Assembly (NCBI GenBank): GCA_013166775.1
Contig: JABLTJ010000018.1
Coordinates: 1-60,701, forward strand
Direction: 5' to 3'
Source of the DNA: Promethearchaeati archaeon
GTDB lineage: Archaea > Asgardarchaeota > Heimdallarchaeia > Heimdallarchaeales > Heimdallarchaeaceae
DNA length: 60,701 nucleotides
Within the stretch, counting starts at the first letter, position 1. Each line of letters starts with the position of its first letter. The notes beneath the pieces are model-generated. The model ran no database searches, was not told where the DNA came from, and was given only the letters and a program-made list of their open reading frames with translations. The position numbers and the translations under genes are program-made. This document shows positions 9,689 through 20,227 of this stretch, piece by piece.

Positions 9689-10558
9689 TTGAGTTCAATG
9701 AGTGAGATTGAAAAAATCAAAGACATATTTCCTAATGTAATTATTGGTGGAGTGAAATTCTCATCTTTTGATTCAATTCCTGATCAAAGCCTTCTGAAAA
9801 GCATTGATACACTTCTTTCAGTTGTTAAGAGGTCAAGAGAAGCTGGTGCGGAAGGTTGTTTGTTTTATCTATATAATGATGAAATGATACAGTTTTTGAA
9901 TCTTCTTCATACAGAAATCCCAGATTTTCCTATTATGATTTTAATCAAGTCAGAAGATATTAATTTCATTACTTCTCAATTAAACATACTAAATTTCAAA
10001 CCTTTAGCTGTTTTTCTGGATTTCTCACTTTCAGATCAACGTGACAATGATATTATCAATAAATATTCCAATGCTTTATCTAAATTCACCGAGTATATAG
10101 GTATTTATTCATTAGAACCGATTGGTTCAGTTTCATTTTTTATAACCTCTAATCCAGACATCAAACTCTTCATGTTCCCATTCAATATGCTTGGAATTGG
10201 GCTTCAAAATAGAAGCTTGATGGAAATGATAGTTAATTCTTCAGAAAACATCTATATTTCATCGAATCCATTAGCGGACAGAAAAATCAAACCTCGACAA
10301 GCATTTGAATATATTACAACTCATAGAATTCATAGTACTCTGATAGAATTAGGAGATTTGGAAGTAATTCTTGAATCAATAAAATATGCTAAATATTTCT
10401 TTGAAACACATGACTTCTTACAGATAGCCTTGGAATTCGAAGATCATTCAGAAGTATGTGATAATTGTGGATTGGGAATGTCAAGATACTATCCACCCAC
10501 TGGTGGAAGTTGGTGGTATTGTCCTCAATGTCAAGAGAAGAAAGAAGTTTCTCTGTAA
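9689..10558 (+). CDS. Hypothetical: degenerate aldo/keto-reductase-like barrel plus C-terminal Zn ribbon
   Basis: FPFNMLG..SNPLA..IKPRQAFEYI resembles AKR-like C-terminus; CDNC..WWYCPQC. Confidence 0.5.
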   Translation: MSSMSEIEKIKDIFPNVIIGGVKFSSFDSIPDQSLLKSIDTLLSVVKRSREAGAEGCLFYLYNDEMIQFLNLLHTEIPDFPIMILIKSEDINFITSQLNILNFKPLAVFLDFSLSDQRDNDIINKYSNALSKFTEYIGIYSLEPIGSVSFFITSNPDIKLFMFPFNMLGIGLQNRSLMEMIVNSSENIYISSNPLADRKIKPRQAFEYITTHRIHSTLIELGDLEVILESIKYAKYFFETHDFLQIALEFEDHSEVCDNCGLGMSRYYPPTGGSWWYCPQCQEKKEVSL

Positions 10559-10572
10559 AGTAGGTGAGCTAG

Positions 10573-11178
10573 CTGAGACCATGTCAATTCTGTTCAAAAG
10601 ATATACCTGAAGTAAGTGTTTTTTGTCCATATTGTGGAAAACAAGTGCATGATGAGCAAGAAGTAATAGAGGAAGTCGAAGAGGAAATGGAAGAGAAAGC
10701 AACAATTTCTGATAAAATCGGAAACGGTTTGCAAAGAACAATTAAGAATTTCCGAAAGCAATTTACATCATTTTTAGGTAATTTAGAAGAACAAGTTCAG
10801 AATTCAAACTCTCTCTCTTATGTTAATAAAGATAAAGTAGCAAATGCACTAAATAAATTCAAAGGGAAAATAAGTGTAAAAACAAACGAGAGTAAAGTTA
10901 ACGAAATTCAAGAATGGGCTAAATTTGTTGATGAAGCTATTTCCGGTGATAAATGTATTATCTGTTTGCAGCCATTTGAAATAGAAAAGAAAGAAAAAAT
11001 TGATGTAATCCTATGTCCAAATTGCAGCTATGCTGGACATCCAGATCATTTTATAAAATGGCTAAAAAAGAAATCTTCATGCCCAATGTGTAGAGAAAAA
11101 TTAAGCAAATCGACTCTTGAACATGGCTTTTTAGAAAACAAGAATAACGAATTAGTTTTTAGCTCTTCTTTGCATTAA
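10573..11178 (+). CDS. Zn-ribbon + RING-finger protein (putative E3 ligase), probable CTG start
   Basis: Open frame upstream of 10645 encodes RPCQFC..FCPYCG; C-terminal CIIC..CPNC..HPDH..W..CPMC; GGTGA 5 nt before CTG. Confidence 0.75.
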   Translation: MRPCQFCSKDIPEVSVFCPYCGKQVHDEQEVIEEVEEEMEEKATISDKIGNGLQRTIKNFRKQFTSFLGNLEEQVQNSNSLSYVNKDKVANALNKFKGKISVKTNESKVNEIQEWAKFVDEAISGDKCIICLQPFEIEKKEKIDVILCPNCSYAGHPDHFIKWLKKKSSCPMCREKLSKSTLEHGFLENKNNELVFSSSLH

Positions 11179-11186
11179 GCTGCAAA
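11169..11186. promoter_or_regulatory. Palindromic operator candidate upstream of pyrB
   Basis: tttgca-ttaagc-tgcaaa; same motif at 21208 and 21363. Confidence 0.55.
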
Positions 11187-11253
11187 TTTTCTAAGGCTAT
11201 ACGATATCTTTTTTAACTACACAAATAAATCTTGTTTAAAACTTTGATTTATT

Positions 11254-12171
11254 ATGAGACCAAAACATTTGTTCTCTGTAAGAGATATATCCAAAGAAGA
11301 TATGGAAGGGATTTTTCATTTAGCATTATCTATCGAAAACAATCCAAAGGATTTTGCGAAGATTTGTGAGGGCAAAATACTAGCTACACTTTTCTTTGAA
11401 CCAAGTACAAGAACTAAGTTATCATTTGAAAGTGCAATGTTACGATTAGGAGGTCAAATTTTAGGTTTTTCTAGTGCTAAGGTTAGTAGTGCAGCTAAAG
11501 ATGAAAGTATAGCAGATACTATCAGAATGATCAATTCTTATGCACACATAGCTGTTATTCGTCATTTCATAGAAGGTATCGGAGAGATAGCTCAGAAATT
11601 TGCAACTATTCCCATTTTGTCAGGAGGAACAGGAACCCAAGAACATCCCACTCAAGCATTACTTGATATGTACACAATTCAAAAAGAATTTAAGAAAATT
11701 GAGAATCTAAATATTGGAGTGATGGGTGATTTGTTATATGGACGAACAATTCCTTCATTATTGTATTCTTTAACCAAATATGACAATGTTAATGTACATT
11801 TAATATCCCCACCTGCATTAAGAATCAGAAAGAATGTCGAATTACGACTTCAAGACGCAGGTTTTAATTATCAAATGACTGAGAATCTTAAAGATGTTAT
11901 AGATGAGTTAGATGTTTTATATGTTACCAGGATCCAGAAAGAAAGATTTCCTGATCCCACTGATTATGAACGATTAAAGGGTGCATATCATATAAAACCT
12001 GAAGATATGCATAATGCTAAGGATAATCTCATTATTCTACACCCTCTTCCTAGAGTTGGAGAAATTGACTATAAAATCGATGAGCACAAATCATCAAGAT
12101 ATTTCCAACAAGCTCAAAATGGAGTTTGGGTAAGAATGGCTTTAATTCTAAAATTTTTGGATTTGGGTTAA
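11254..12171 (+). CDS. pyrB: Aspartate carbamoyltransferase catalytic subunit
   Basis: FFEPSTRT, HPTQAL, TRIQKER, HPLPR. Confidence 0.97.
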   Translation: MRPKHLFSVRDISKEDMEGIFHLALSIENNPKDFAKICEGKILATLFFEPSTRTKLSFESAMLRLGGQILGFSSAKVSSAAKDESIADTIRMINSYAHIAVIRHFIEGIGEIAQKFATIPILSGGTGTQEHPTQALLDMYTIQKEFKKIENLNIGVMGDLLYGRTIPSLLYSLTKYDNVNVHLISPPALRIRKNVELRLQDAGFNYQMTENLKDVIDELDVLYVTRIQKERFPDPTDYERLKGAYHIKPEDMHNAKDNLIILHPLPRVGEIDYKIDEHKSSRYFQQAQNGVWVRMALILKFLDLG

Positions 12172-12172
12172 A

Positions 12173-12643
12173 ATGAAAGACGAAAATGATAAGTTAATCG
12201 TAAGAAAAATTCAAGAAGGAACAGTTATTGATAGAATTCCTCCAGGTAAAGCTTTGAAAGTTCTGGAAGTTTTAGGCGTTGATGCCAATTATCCTTATGC
12301 AGTTGCACTTGCTATGAGAGTACCCTCAAGAAAAATATCTTTGAAAGATTTTGTAAAAATCAAAGGTAAAGCTTTAACTGAACAAGAGATTCAGAAACTT
12401 TCTTTTATTGCTCCAACAGCTACTGTAAACATAATCGAAGATTTCAATGTGAAGGAAAAAGTTTTACTCCAGATTCCTAACCATGTTGAAGAGTTCATTG
12501 ATTGCTTGAATCCAAATTGTGTTTCAAACACACGCGAACCTATTGTCTCATCTTTTGACATTGTATCAAAAGATCCTCTCATTCTAAGATGTACATACTG
12601 CGATAGGATTATTGAACAACAATATCTTACAAGGAAATTGTAA
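12173..12643 (+). CDS. pyrI: Aspartate carbamoyltransferase regulatory subunit
   Basis: IQEGTVIDRI, APTATVNII, CLNPNC..CTYC. Confidence 0.95.
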   Translation: MKDENDKLIVRKIQEGTVIDRIPPGKALKVLEVLGVDANYPYAVALAMRVPSRKISLKDFVKIKGKALTEQEIQKLSFIAPTATVNIIEDFNVKEKVLLQIPNHVEEFIDCLNPNCVSNTREPIVSSFDIVSKDPLILRCTYCDRIIEQQYLTRKL

Positions 12644-12672
12644 GATCATTTTTTCATTAATGGTTTTTTATT

Positions 12673-13926
12673 TCAAAGCAAAGAACCGATATCCTTACGA
12701 TAGAATAAATTCCCTTTTATCTTTGAAATATTTTCAGCTATTTTCTCTCTAGCATCTTCAAGCTCATCCCCAGTTCCCACTAGTGCAATTGAACGACTTT
12801 TTGTAGTTCTGATCGATTTTTTCAATCTATATACAGAAGCGAAATAGAGATCGATATCTTCTGATTCCTCAATCTGTATTTCCTCAGCTGAAGCTGGTGA
12901 TTCTGGATATCCATTGGGAACTAAATAAGTACAAACAGTTGCTAATTTACTGAATTCAGCGGTTTTAAGATTTCCATCTGTAATTTGCATCGATAGTTTA
13001 TTGAAATCAGTATCAAGTAATTTTAGGACATTCAGTGCCTCAGGATCACCAAATCTAACATTGAATTCTATGAGATAAATGCTATCATCTGTTTTCATAA
13101 ATTGCCCATAAAGAATACCTCGATATTTAGTTCCTGTCTGTTTTTCCAGGGCAAACATAGTTTTTCTCAGAATATCTAGAGCATATTCCTTATCGGAATT
13201 AGTTAAGTATGGTAATGTATGCTTTGATAAGCTATATGAACCCATACTCCCAGTATTTGGTCCCTCTTCATTTTCATACGCTCGTTTGTAATCTCTAACT
13301 AATGGCATTGGTACTATTGAGTTTCCATCAGCAAAAATTTGCATAGAAAATTCCTTACCTACTTTCTTTTCTTCAACCAGAAATTCATTATTCTTAGTTA
13401 GTAATTCTCGAGCATAGTCTTTTGCTTCTCTGAAAGTAGTAAAATGATCACCAAATACTCTAACTCCTTTCCCTCCAGTTAAACCATCAGGTTTGATAGC
13501 AATCTCCATACCAAATTCCTTTATTGCATTTGCTAAATCATCAATTGAGCTACAAATTGTATAAGGTATATTTCCAGGGATATCATAAGCATCCATAAGA
13601 CATCGAGTGAAAATCTTACTTGATTCAATTCTTGCGACTTCTTTTCGAGGACCACATGTAGGTACATTCAATTTATCTTCAAGATAATTAGATATTCCAT
13701 TTGCTAGTGGATTTTCAGGACCAATTATAGCATAATCTACTTTCTTGAAGACATCTAGTTTTGAAAAATCTGATAAATCACCCAAAACAAATTTCTTTGA
13801 GATATCAGCTATTCCAGGATTTTCTCTTTCCATATAAGAATAGAGTTTACCATCATTTTCCACTATCTTTTTTGCAATTGCGTGCTCTCTAGCACCATTT
13901 CCAACTAAAAGAACCTTATACGACAT
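12673..13926 (-). CDS. purD: Phosphoribosylamine-glycine ligase
   Basis: GNGAREHA, GGKGV, GPNTGSMG, EFNVRFGDPE. Confidence 0.96.
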   Translation of the reverse strand: MSYKVLLVGNGAREHAIAKKIVENDGKLYSYMERENPGIADISKKFVLGDLSDFSKLDVFKKVDYAIIGPENPLANGISNYLEDKLNVPTCGPRKEVARIESSKIFTRCLMDAYDIPGNIPYTICSSIDDLANAIKEFGMEIAIKPDGLTGGKGVRVFGDHFTTFREAKDYARELLTKNNEFLVEEKKVGKEFSMQIFADGNSIVPMPLVRDYKRAYENEEGPNTGSMGSYSLSKHTLPYLTNSDKEYALDILRKTMFALEKQTGTKYRGILYGQFMKTDDSIYLIEFNVRFGDPEALNVLKLLDTDFNKLSMQITDGNLKTAEFSKLATVCTYLVPNGYPESPASAEEIQIEESEDIDLYFASVYRLKKSIRTTKSRSIALVGTGDELEDAREKIAENISKIKGNLFYRKDIGSLL

Positions 13927-15323
13927 TAATTTAACTCCTCATAATGACTTCTACCATTTAGTTCACCATTTAGATATTTTATCCGGATTTCTTGAGCAAA
14001 AGGAGTTGGATAACTTCCTGAAAGGCAAGCAGTGCAAATATCTGATAAACCAATTGACTTCTTTAATGAATCAATACTCTGATAATAGATTTGATCAACA
14101 TCAAGAATTTCTTTAATCTCCTCAACAGTATTCCCAGATGCAATTAGCTCTTCATCTGTGGGGAAATCAATTCCGTAATAGCATGCGAATCGGATAGCAG
14201 GACAAGTTAAAGCAAAATAAATCTTGTTCGCTCCCAATTCTCTTAAATCCTGAACAATTTTCTTACTAGTTAATCCTCTAACTATAGAATCATCAACAAC
14301 GAGAATATTTTTTCCTTTGATATATTTTGTAGTATACAGATATTTTCTTTTTGCAACTCTTGTTCTCTCTTCCTCACTTTTCATGATGAAAGTTCTCTGC
14401 AAATATCTGTTTTTTATAATTGCTTCCCTCACTGGTATATTGAGAATTTCAGATAATCCTTGAGACGCTGGTCTTGAAGTATCAGGTACTGGAATAATAA
14501 AATCGATGTTCATGTTATCATTCTTTATTCGGTTTCCTAACTCTTGTCCGAGTTGCAACCGAACATCATAAACCAGCTTATTTTCAATTATTGAACATGG
14601 ATTTGCAAAATAAACATACTCAAACATACAATGTGCATGATCATGTTTTAGCAACTCTTCTCTTTTCCATTTATTGTTGGAAAAAAATATAATCTCACCT
14701 GGTTTTATTGTATCGATTTCCTTGATATGCATGTTTTGTAGAACTACACTTTCTGATGCAACAACAGTTACCTTACTATTGCTTCCAATAACTAGAGGTC
14801 GTATTCCTCTAGGATCTCGGAAGGAGAATATTTCGTCCTTCAACATTCCTATAATCGAATAACTACCATCAACTTTCTCCATAAATTCAAGAACAGCTGT
14901 TTTAATATATCCTTGGAATTCATTGATTAAATTCCCAAGGAATTCAACAATAAAATCTGAATCACTTTCAAAATTTTTATCTGATAAGTTTGATGTGTTT
15001 GTAATATTGCCATTATGAACTATAACTAATTTTCCATACGCTGTTGAATAAACAAATGGTTGTGCAAAGATTTCAATGTTTGAGCTATCAGTTCTTGTTC
15101 CAAAAGTAGGATATCTCGTTGCCCCTAGAACATATTCTACTTCTTTTTCTTCATCCAATTCTAGCAAATCAGGATAACTGTCTTTCTTCGAAATTCCAAT
15201 CTCTTTATTGCTTTCAAGCCATGCAAGACCACTAGCATCTTGGCCTCTATGAGTCAACATTTGGAGCAAGATTTTTCCTTGTCTAAGTGTTGATTGGCCT
15301 TTTAAGGCGAGCACTCCACACAT
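13926..15323 (-). CDS. purF: Amidophosphoribosyltransferase (4Fe-4S type)
   Basis: N-terminal MCG, HRGQD, HNGN, CMFEYVY, VDDSIVRG, CYYGID, CTAC. Confidence 0.96.
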   Translation of the reverse strand: MCGVLALKGQSTLRQGKILLQMLTHRGQDASGLAWLESNKEIGISKKDSYPDLLELDEEKEVEYVLGATRYPTFGTRTDSSNIEIFAQPFVYSTAYGKLVIVHNGNITNTSNLSDKNFESDSDFIVEFLGNLINEFQGYIKTAVLEFMEKVDGSYSIIGMLKDEIFSFRDPRGIRPLVIGSNSKVTVVASESVVLQNMHIKEIDTIKPGEIIFFSNNKWKREELLKHDHAHCMFEYVYFANPCSIIENKLVYDVRLQLGQELGNRIKNDNMNIDFIIPVPDTSRPASQGLSEILNIPVREAIIKNRYLQRTFIMKSEEERTRVAKRKYLYTTKYIKGKNILVVDDSIVRGLTSKKIVQDLRELGANKIYFALTCPAIRFACYYGIDFPTDEELIASGNTVEEIKEILDVDQIYYQSIDSLKKSIGLSDICTACLSGSYPTPFAQEIRIKYLNGELNGRSHYEELN

Positions 15324-15928
15324 TATTTCACTATCCTAACTTTGTTATGTTCAATTTTCACTTTATCTTCCGAAATCATTTTGATAGAAAGAGGAAGAAG
15401 TCTATGTTCTTCTTTTAGAATCTTTTCCGAAAGGGAAAATTCTGAATCATCCTCTGCAATATCAACAGCTTCCTGTAGAATTATTGGTCCTGCATCAATT
15501 TGTTCATTGACGAAATGAACTGTACAACCAGAGATTCGAGCACCAAAATCAAGAGCTTGTTTCTGTGCTTTCAAACCAGGAAATGAAGGAAGAAGTGAAG
15601 GGTGGATATTAATTATTTTATTTTTGAATTTGTTTATGAAATTTGGAGATAAAATTCTCATAAATCCCGCTAAAACTATTAAATCAATACCATGATTCTG
15701 AATGATTCCTTCTAATTCCTTCTCATATGCTTCTTTTGTTTTGAAGTTATTTGCTTCCAAGCTAATTGTCTTTTTACCATAGGATTTAGCAATTTCAATG
15801 CCTTTTGCTTTTGAATTATTGGAAACTACAATAATCACTTTTGCTTGACCTAATAGATGTGTTTTTTCAGCATCTAATATAGCCTTTAGATTTGATCCTC
15901 TTCCTGAAATTAGAACTGCAACCTTCAT
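15323..15928 (-). CDS. purN: Phosphoribosylglycinamide formyltransferase (folate-dependent)
   Basis: ISGRGSN, LAGFMRIL, NIHPSLLP; start MKVAV after GGTGA. Confidence 0.96.
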   Translation of the reverse strand: MKVAVLISGRGSNLKAILDAEKTHLLGQAKVIIVVSNNSKAKGIEIAKSYGKKTISLEANNFKTKEAYEKELEGIIQNHGIDLIVLAGFMRILSPNFINKFKNKIINIHPSLLPSFPGLKAQKQALDFGARISGCTVHFVNEQIDAGPIILQEAVDIAEDDSEFSLSEKILKEEHRLLPLSIKMISEDKVKIEHNKVRIVK

Positions 15929-15932
15929 ATTT

Positions 15933-16970
15933 TCACCTTGAAAAAACGATATCATATTGTGGAATGGAGATAATCGGATCATTGACAATTTTTCCAATTA
16001 TCTGAGTTTCATAATATCGATTTAATAATCCGAGAGCTTTTTCTGTTTCTTTCTTAGGGATTACGATAACAAAACCAATTCCCATGTTGAATACTGAATA
16101 CATCTCGTGATAAGATATGTTTCCAAGTTTTCTAATCTCCTCGAAAATTTCATGGGGTTGTGGTACTTGTCTTAATTCAAATCCATAATTAGTTATCCTA
16201 AATAATTTCTTAAGACCACTACCGGTTATATGAGCAAGACCATGAACCTCACATTTACTCAGAAGTTCTTCTATAGCATCGGTGTATATTCTTGTAGGTG
16301 TTAGAAGTTCATCTTGAAGAGTCTTCCCCCAAGGCAGCTCTTCTGATAATTCATATTTTACTCCTAAAACCTTTCTTGCAATCGTAAAACCATTTGAATG
16401 AATTCCACTACTAGATATACCTAAAACTATATCTCCAACCTGAATTCCTGAACCATCAATGACCTTATCTAAGGATATTATTCCTAAAGCCGTACCTGCT
16501 AAATCAAATGTGTCATTTCTTTTTGCTAGCATTTCAGGAACAGTTGCTAATTCTCCTCCCAATAAAGGTATCCTAGCTATTTCACACCCCTTATAGACAC
16601 CTTTTATTATTTCTTCGATTACTTCCTCATCTAGACTTGAAACTGCTAAATAATCCACGAAAGCTTTGGGTAGAATTCCCATTGAAAGAAGATCATTTAC
16701 ATTCATAGCAACACAATCAATTCCAACAGTATCATATTTTTTAGCAGCTAATGCAATTAGAATTTTAGTTCCTACTCCATCAGAAGCCATAGCTAAACCA
16801 TAATCACCTAATTTTATCATATTGGCATAATGATTTTCTTTAGATACGACTTCTCCAAATGAATAGGTTTTTTTAACATACTCATTAATTTTCTTCAGAA
16901 CTCTAGCTTCTACTGATAAGTCAATACCAGCTTCTGCGTAAGTGGAAGGTATATTATTTTCATCTATCAT
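15933..16970 (-). CDS. purM: AIR synthetase
   Basis: YAEAGID, DGVGTK, AMNVND, GIHSNG, HITG, FNMGIG. Confidence 0.96.
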   Translation of the reverse strand: MIDENNIPSTYAEAGIDLSVEARVLKKINEYVKKTYSFGEVVSKENHYANMIKLGDYGLAMASDGVGTKILIALAAKKYDTVGIDCVAMNVNDLLSMGILPKAFVDYLAVSSLDEEVIEEIIKGVYKGCEIARIPLLGGELATVPEMLAKRNDTFDLAGTALGIISLDKVIDGSGIQVGDIVLGISSSGIHSNGFTIARKVLGVKYELSEELPWGKTLQDELLTPTRIYTDAIEELLSKCEVHGLAHITGSGLKKLFRITNYGFELRQVPQPHEIFEEIRKLGNISYHEMYSVFNMGIGFVIVIPKKETEKALGLLNRYYETQIIGKIVNDPIISIPQYDIVFSR

Positions 16971-16971
16971 T

Positions 16972-17370
16972 TTATTCAACCTTTTTTACACCTAGAATTC
17001 TAAGAGCCAAATACGCTGCATTTTGACCATTATCTATACCAACTGTGGCAACAGGCACTCCCTTTGGCATTTGTACTATAGATAATAATGCATCTAATCC
17101 ATCTAGAGCAGTTGAAACTGGTACTCCTATAACTGGTTTTTCTGTAAGTGAAGCAACAACTCCAGGTAGAGCAGCAGATAAACCTGCTATACAAATAAAA
17201 ATCTCTGAAACCGATGATTTTACTTTCTCTACTAATTTATCATGATCTCTGTGAGCTGAGAGATATTCAATTGTGAAAGGAGTTTTATGCTTTTGTAGAA
17301 CTGTTGTTACCTTATTCACTATTTTCTCGTCACTCTTACTTCCACCGATAATTTCAATCATTTTTACCAT
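16972..17370 (-). CDS. purE: AIR carboxylase / N5-CAIR mutase
   Basis: [32 protein letters not shown]; true start may be ATG 17361. Confidence 0.93.
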   Translation of the reverse strand: MVKMIEIIGGSKSDEKIVNKVTTVLQKHKTPFTIEYLSAHRDHDKLVEKVKSSVSEIFICIAGLSAALPGVVASLTEKPVIGVPVSTALDGLDALLSIVQMPKGVPVATVGIDNGQNAAYLALRILGVKKVE

Positions 17371-19543
17371 CCATTTTATTCGAGATAGCTCTCTCCCATA
17401 TTTTTCTTAACTCATCAATTTTAAACAAAACAGTTTTTTCAATTTCTATTGAGGGTTCTTTCTGTGTTCTTCCTAATACACTGTAGAAAACATTATTTTT
17501 CCGTAAAATTTGTTCTACTTCTTCAAGATTGTTTGGAATGACTTCAATAAGATATCTAGAAGGTGATTCTGAGAACAGACTTTCTTCATTCATTAGTTTC
17601 TTTGTATTTGAAAGCTTATCCAGTGTCACTGATACCCCTATGTTTCTTTCGAAAGTCATCTCTGCTAATGCTATAATCAAACCTCCATTAGAAAGATCAT
17701 GACAGCTTTCAAGATACGAAGCTTCATTAAGCAGTTGGATAGCTTTCATAGATGTTTCTTCTCTCTCTTTGTTATAAAGAGGAATAGATCCTTTTAGGAT
17801 ACCATGATTATACCGAAGATATTCTGAACCGCCAAGATTCCCATCAGTTTCACCTATTATAATTATGTGATTATCTTGATTCTGAAAATGATTTTTCAAA
17901 AGAAGTTTAGGATCTTCAATTAATCCCAACATTCCGATAGTTGGAGAGGGATTTATTCTTTCTTCCTTTCCATCAATTTGACTCTCATTATAGAAGGAAA
18001 CATTTCCACCTACTATTGGTAAATTAAAGTCATGAGAAAATTGACCAAGACCTTTCACAGATTCAACAAATTGCCAATAAGATTCTGGTTTTTCTGGATT
18101 ACCAAAATTCAAGCAATCTACAAATGCTAGAGGTTTTGCTCCAACTGATGTGATGTTTCGCATAGTTTCAGATGCACTATTGGCAGTTCCATGATAAGGA
18201 TCTAAATAGACCATAAAAGAATTGCAATCTAAAGAGAGAGCGATATATTTTCCATTATCTAATCTAAGAACTGCAGCATCATTCCCAGCAGAGAATACAG
18301 TTTGGATTTGAACATGCTGATCATACTGTTGGTAAATCCATGATTTGTTTCCAATGTTGGGAGAAGAAAACAACTTCAAAATATCTTTTCTTAGGTCAGA
18401 AGTTAAAGGAAAGCCTATTTCTAGTAGGTTGGAAGTATATGCTGGTTTTTCTATTTTTCTTTCTGGTTCGGGAAATCCATCTACGATGAGATCAACAGGT
18501 AGATCAATAACTTTGTTTCCTTTATAGTAAACGATACAATGGCTATTGTCTGTTACTTCCCCTATCACACTAAATGTCAAATCATATCTACTCAGAACTT
18601 CTTTTACCAGTTCCAATTTTTGTGGTTCTACAACTGCTAGCATCCTCTCTTGTGATTCAGAAACTAAAATCTCCCAGACTTCCATATTTTTCTCTCTTAA
18701 TGGAACATCCTCCAGTCGAATCAAAGCACCTGTACTCCCTTTATGAGTCATTTCAGAGACTGCACAACTTAATCCTCCACCCCCTAAATCCTGCAATCCA
18801 TTTAGCAGTTCTTTCTCGACTAATTCTAAGGTTGCATCAATCAATATTTTTTCCATTAAGGGATCTCCAATCTGAACAGCAGGTCTTTCCTCTTCGCTTT
18901 TTTCACTCAAATCCTTTGAAGCAAAAGAAACACCATGAATACCATCTCTACCAGTTCTAGCGCCATATAAAACTAGAAAACTACCCGGTTTAGAAGCGCT
19001 ACTCCTGACAATTTTATCTTTTGCTATAGTTCCGACACACATTGCATTAACTAAGCAATTGTTTTCAAATGGTTCAGCAAATTCAACTTCTCCTCCCACT
19101 GTAGGTATTCCACAGCAATTGCCATAAAACGAAATCCCTCTAACAACATTTTCTAGTAAATGCTGCGAGTGTTGAGATTCCAATTCTCCAAACCTTAATG
19201 AATCAAGAATTGCAATTGGACGACAACCTTGAGATAAGATATCTCTAATTATTCCCCCAACACCAGTTGCAGCACCATCATATGGAGATATAGCTGATGG
19301 GTGATTATGACTCTCTAAACCTAGTCCAATAAGCAGGTCATCTCCTAAATTAACTAAACCAGCTCCTTCACCAATCCCAAGTTCAACATATGATGCATCA
19401 TCTTTGAATAGATGAAACCATCTTCTGGAGGATTTATAAGAGCAATGTTCTGACCACATAGCTTCAAAAACAGCCAATTCTCCTTTATTGGGTTCTCTTT
19501 CTAATACAGATTCAATCTTACCAAGTTCTTCAATTGTCAGCAT
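17354..19543 (-). CDS. purL: FGAM synthase subunit PurL (small form)
   Basis: [30 protein letters not shown]. Confidence 0.97.
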   Translation of the reverse strand: MLTIEELGKIESVLEREPNKGELAVFEAMWSEHCSYKSSRRWFHLFKDDASYVELGIGEGAGLVNLGDDLLIGLGLESHNHPSAISPYDGAATGVGGIIRDILSQGCRPIAILDSLRFGELESQHSQHLLENVVRGISFYGNCCGIPTVGGEVEFAEPFENNCLVNAMCVGTIAKDKIVRSSASKPGSFLVLYGARTGRDGIHGVSFASKDLSEKSEEERPAVQIGDPLMEKILIDATLELVEKELLNGLQDLGGGGLSCAVSEMTHKGSTGALIRLEDVPLREKNMEVWEILVSESQERMLAVVEPQKLELVKEVLSRYDLTFSVIGEVTDNSHCIVYYKGNKVIDLPVDLIVDGFPEPERKIEKPAYTSNLLEIGFPLTSDLRKDILKLFSSPNIGNKSWIYQQYDQHVQIQTVFSAGNDAAVLRLDNGKYIALSLDCNSFMVYLDPYHGTANSASETMRNITSVGAKPLAFVDCLNFGNPEKPESYWQFVESVKGLGQFSHDFNLPIVGGNVSFYNESQIDGKEERINPSPTIGMLGLIEDPKLLLKNHFQNQDNHIIIIGETDGNLGGSEYLRYNHGILKGSIPLYNKEREETSMKAIQLLNEASYLESCHDLSNGGLIIALAEMTFERNIGVSVTLDKLSNTKKLMNEESLFSESPSRYLIEVIPNNLEEVEQILRKNNVFYSVLGRTQKEPSIEIEKTVLFKIDELRKIWERAISNKMDGKND

Positions 19544-20226
19544 TTTAATTCCTCGATAAGATTCTCAAAAATAATTCTTCCATCTTCAGATCCTAAATAC
19601 TGAAAACTTGCACGTTCTGGATGTGGCATCATCCCCAAAACATTACCTTTCGCATTAATAATTCCAGCTATGTTCTCAATTGAACCATTTGGGTTGTCTT
19701 CTAGAGAGATTTCCCCATCATCTTTACAATATTTAAAAGCAATTTGATTCTTATTTGCGAGTTTTGTTATTTCCTCGTTTGCATCATAATACCTTCCTTC
19801 AAAGTGAGCTATAGGAATTCTCAAAATCCTGTTAGCCATCCCTTTAAGAAGAGGAGAACTAGTTACTCTGGTTTTAATACTAACCCATTTACTGATGAAT
19901 TTGGTTGAAGTATTTGTAGAGAGTACACCTGGAAGCAGAGAAGTTTCACAAAGCATCTGAAAACCATTACAGATTCCAATAACGAATCTCTCAGAATTAG
20001 CGTAATCATGAAGATTTTCTATTATAGGAGTTTGAACGGCTATAATTCCAGGACGAAGATAATCACCATACGAGAATCCACCAGCCAAAATCAGAGCGTC
20101 CATATCATCCATTTTTTTAACATCATTTGGATAAATCAGTTCATTTTTTATCCCTAAACTCTTCAAAACTCTTTTTACATCCAATTCGTTGTTTGTTCCT
20201 GGGAATTTGGTTATGCCTACTTGCAT
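19537..20226 (-). CDS. purQ: FGAM synthase glutaminase subunit
   Basis: FPGTN, GGFSYGDYLR, GICNGFQ, MMPHPER. Confidence 0.96.
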   Translation of the reverse strand: MQVGITKFPGTNNELDVKRVLKSLGIKNELIYPNDVKKMDDMDALILAGGFSYGDYLRPGIIAVQTPIIENLHDYANSERFVIGICNGFQMLCETSLLPGVLSTNTSTKFISKWVSIKTRVTSSPLLKGMANRILRIPIAHFEGRYYDANEEITKLANKNQIAFKYCKDDGEISLEDNPNGSIENIAGIINAKGNVLGMMPHPERASFQYLGSEDGRIIFENLIEELKC

Positions 20227-20227
20227 A

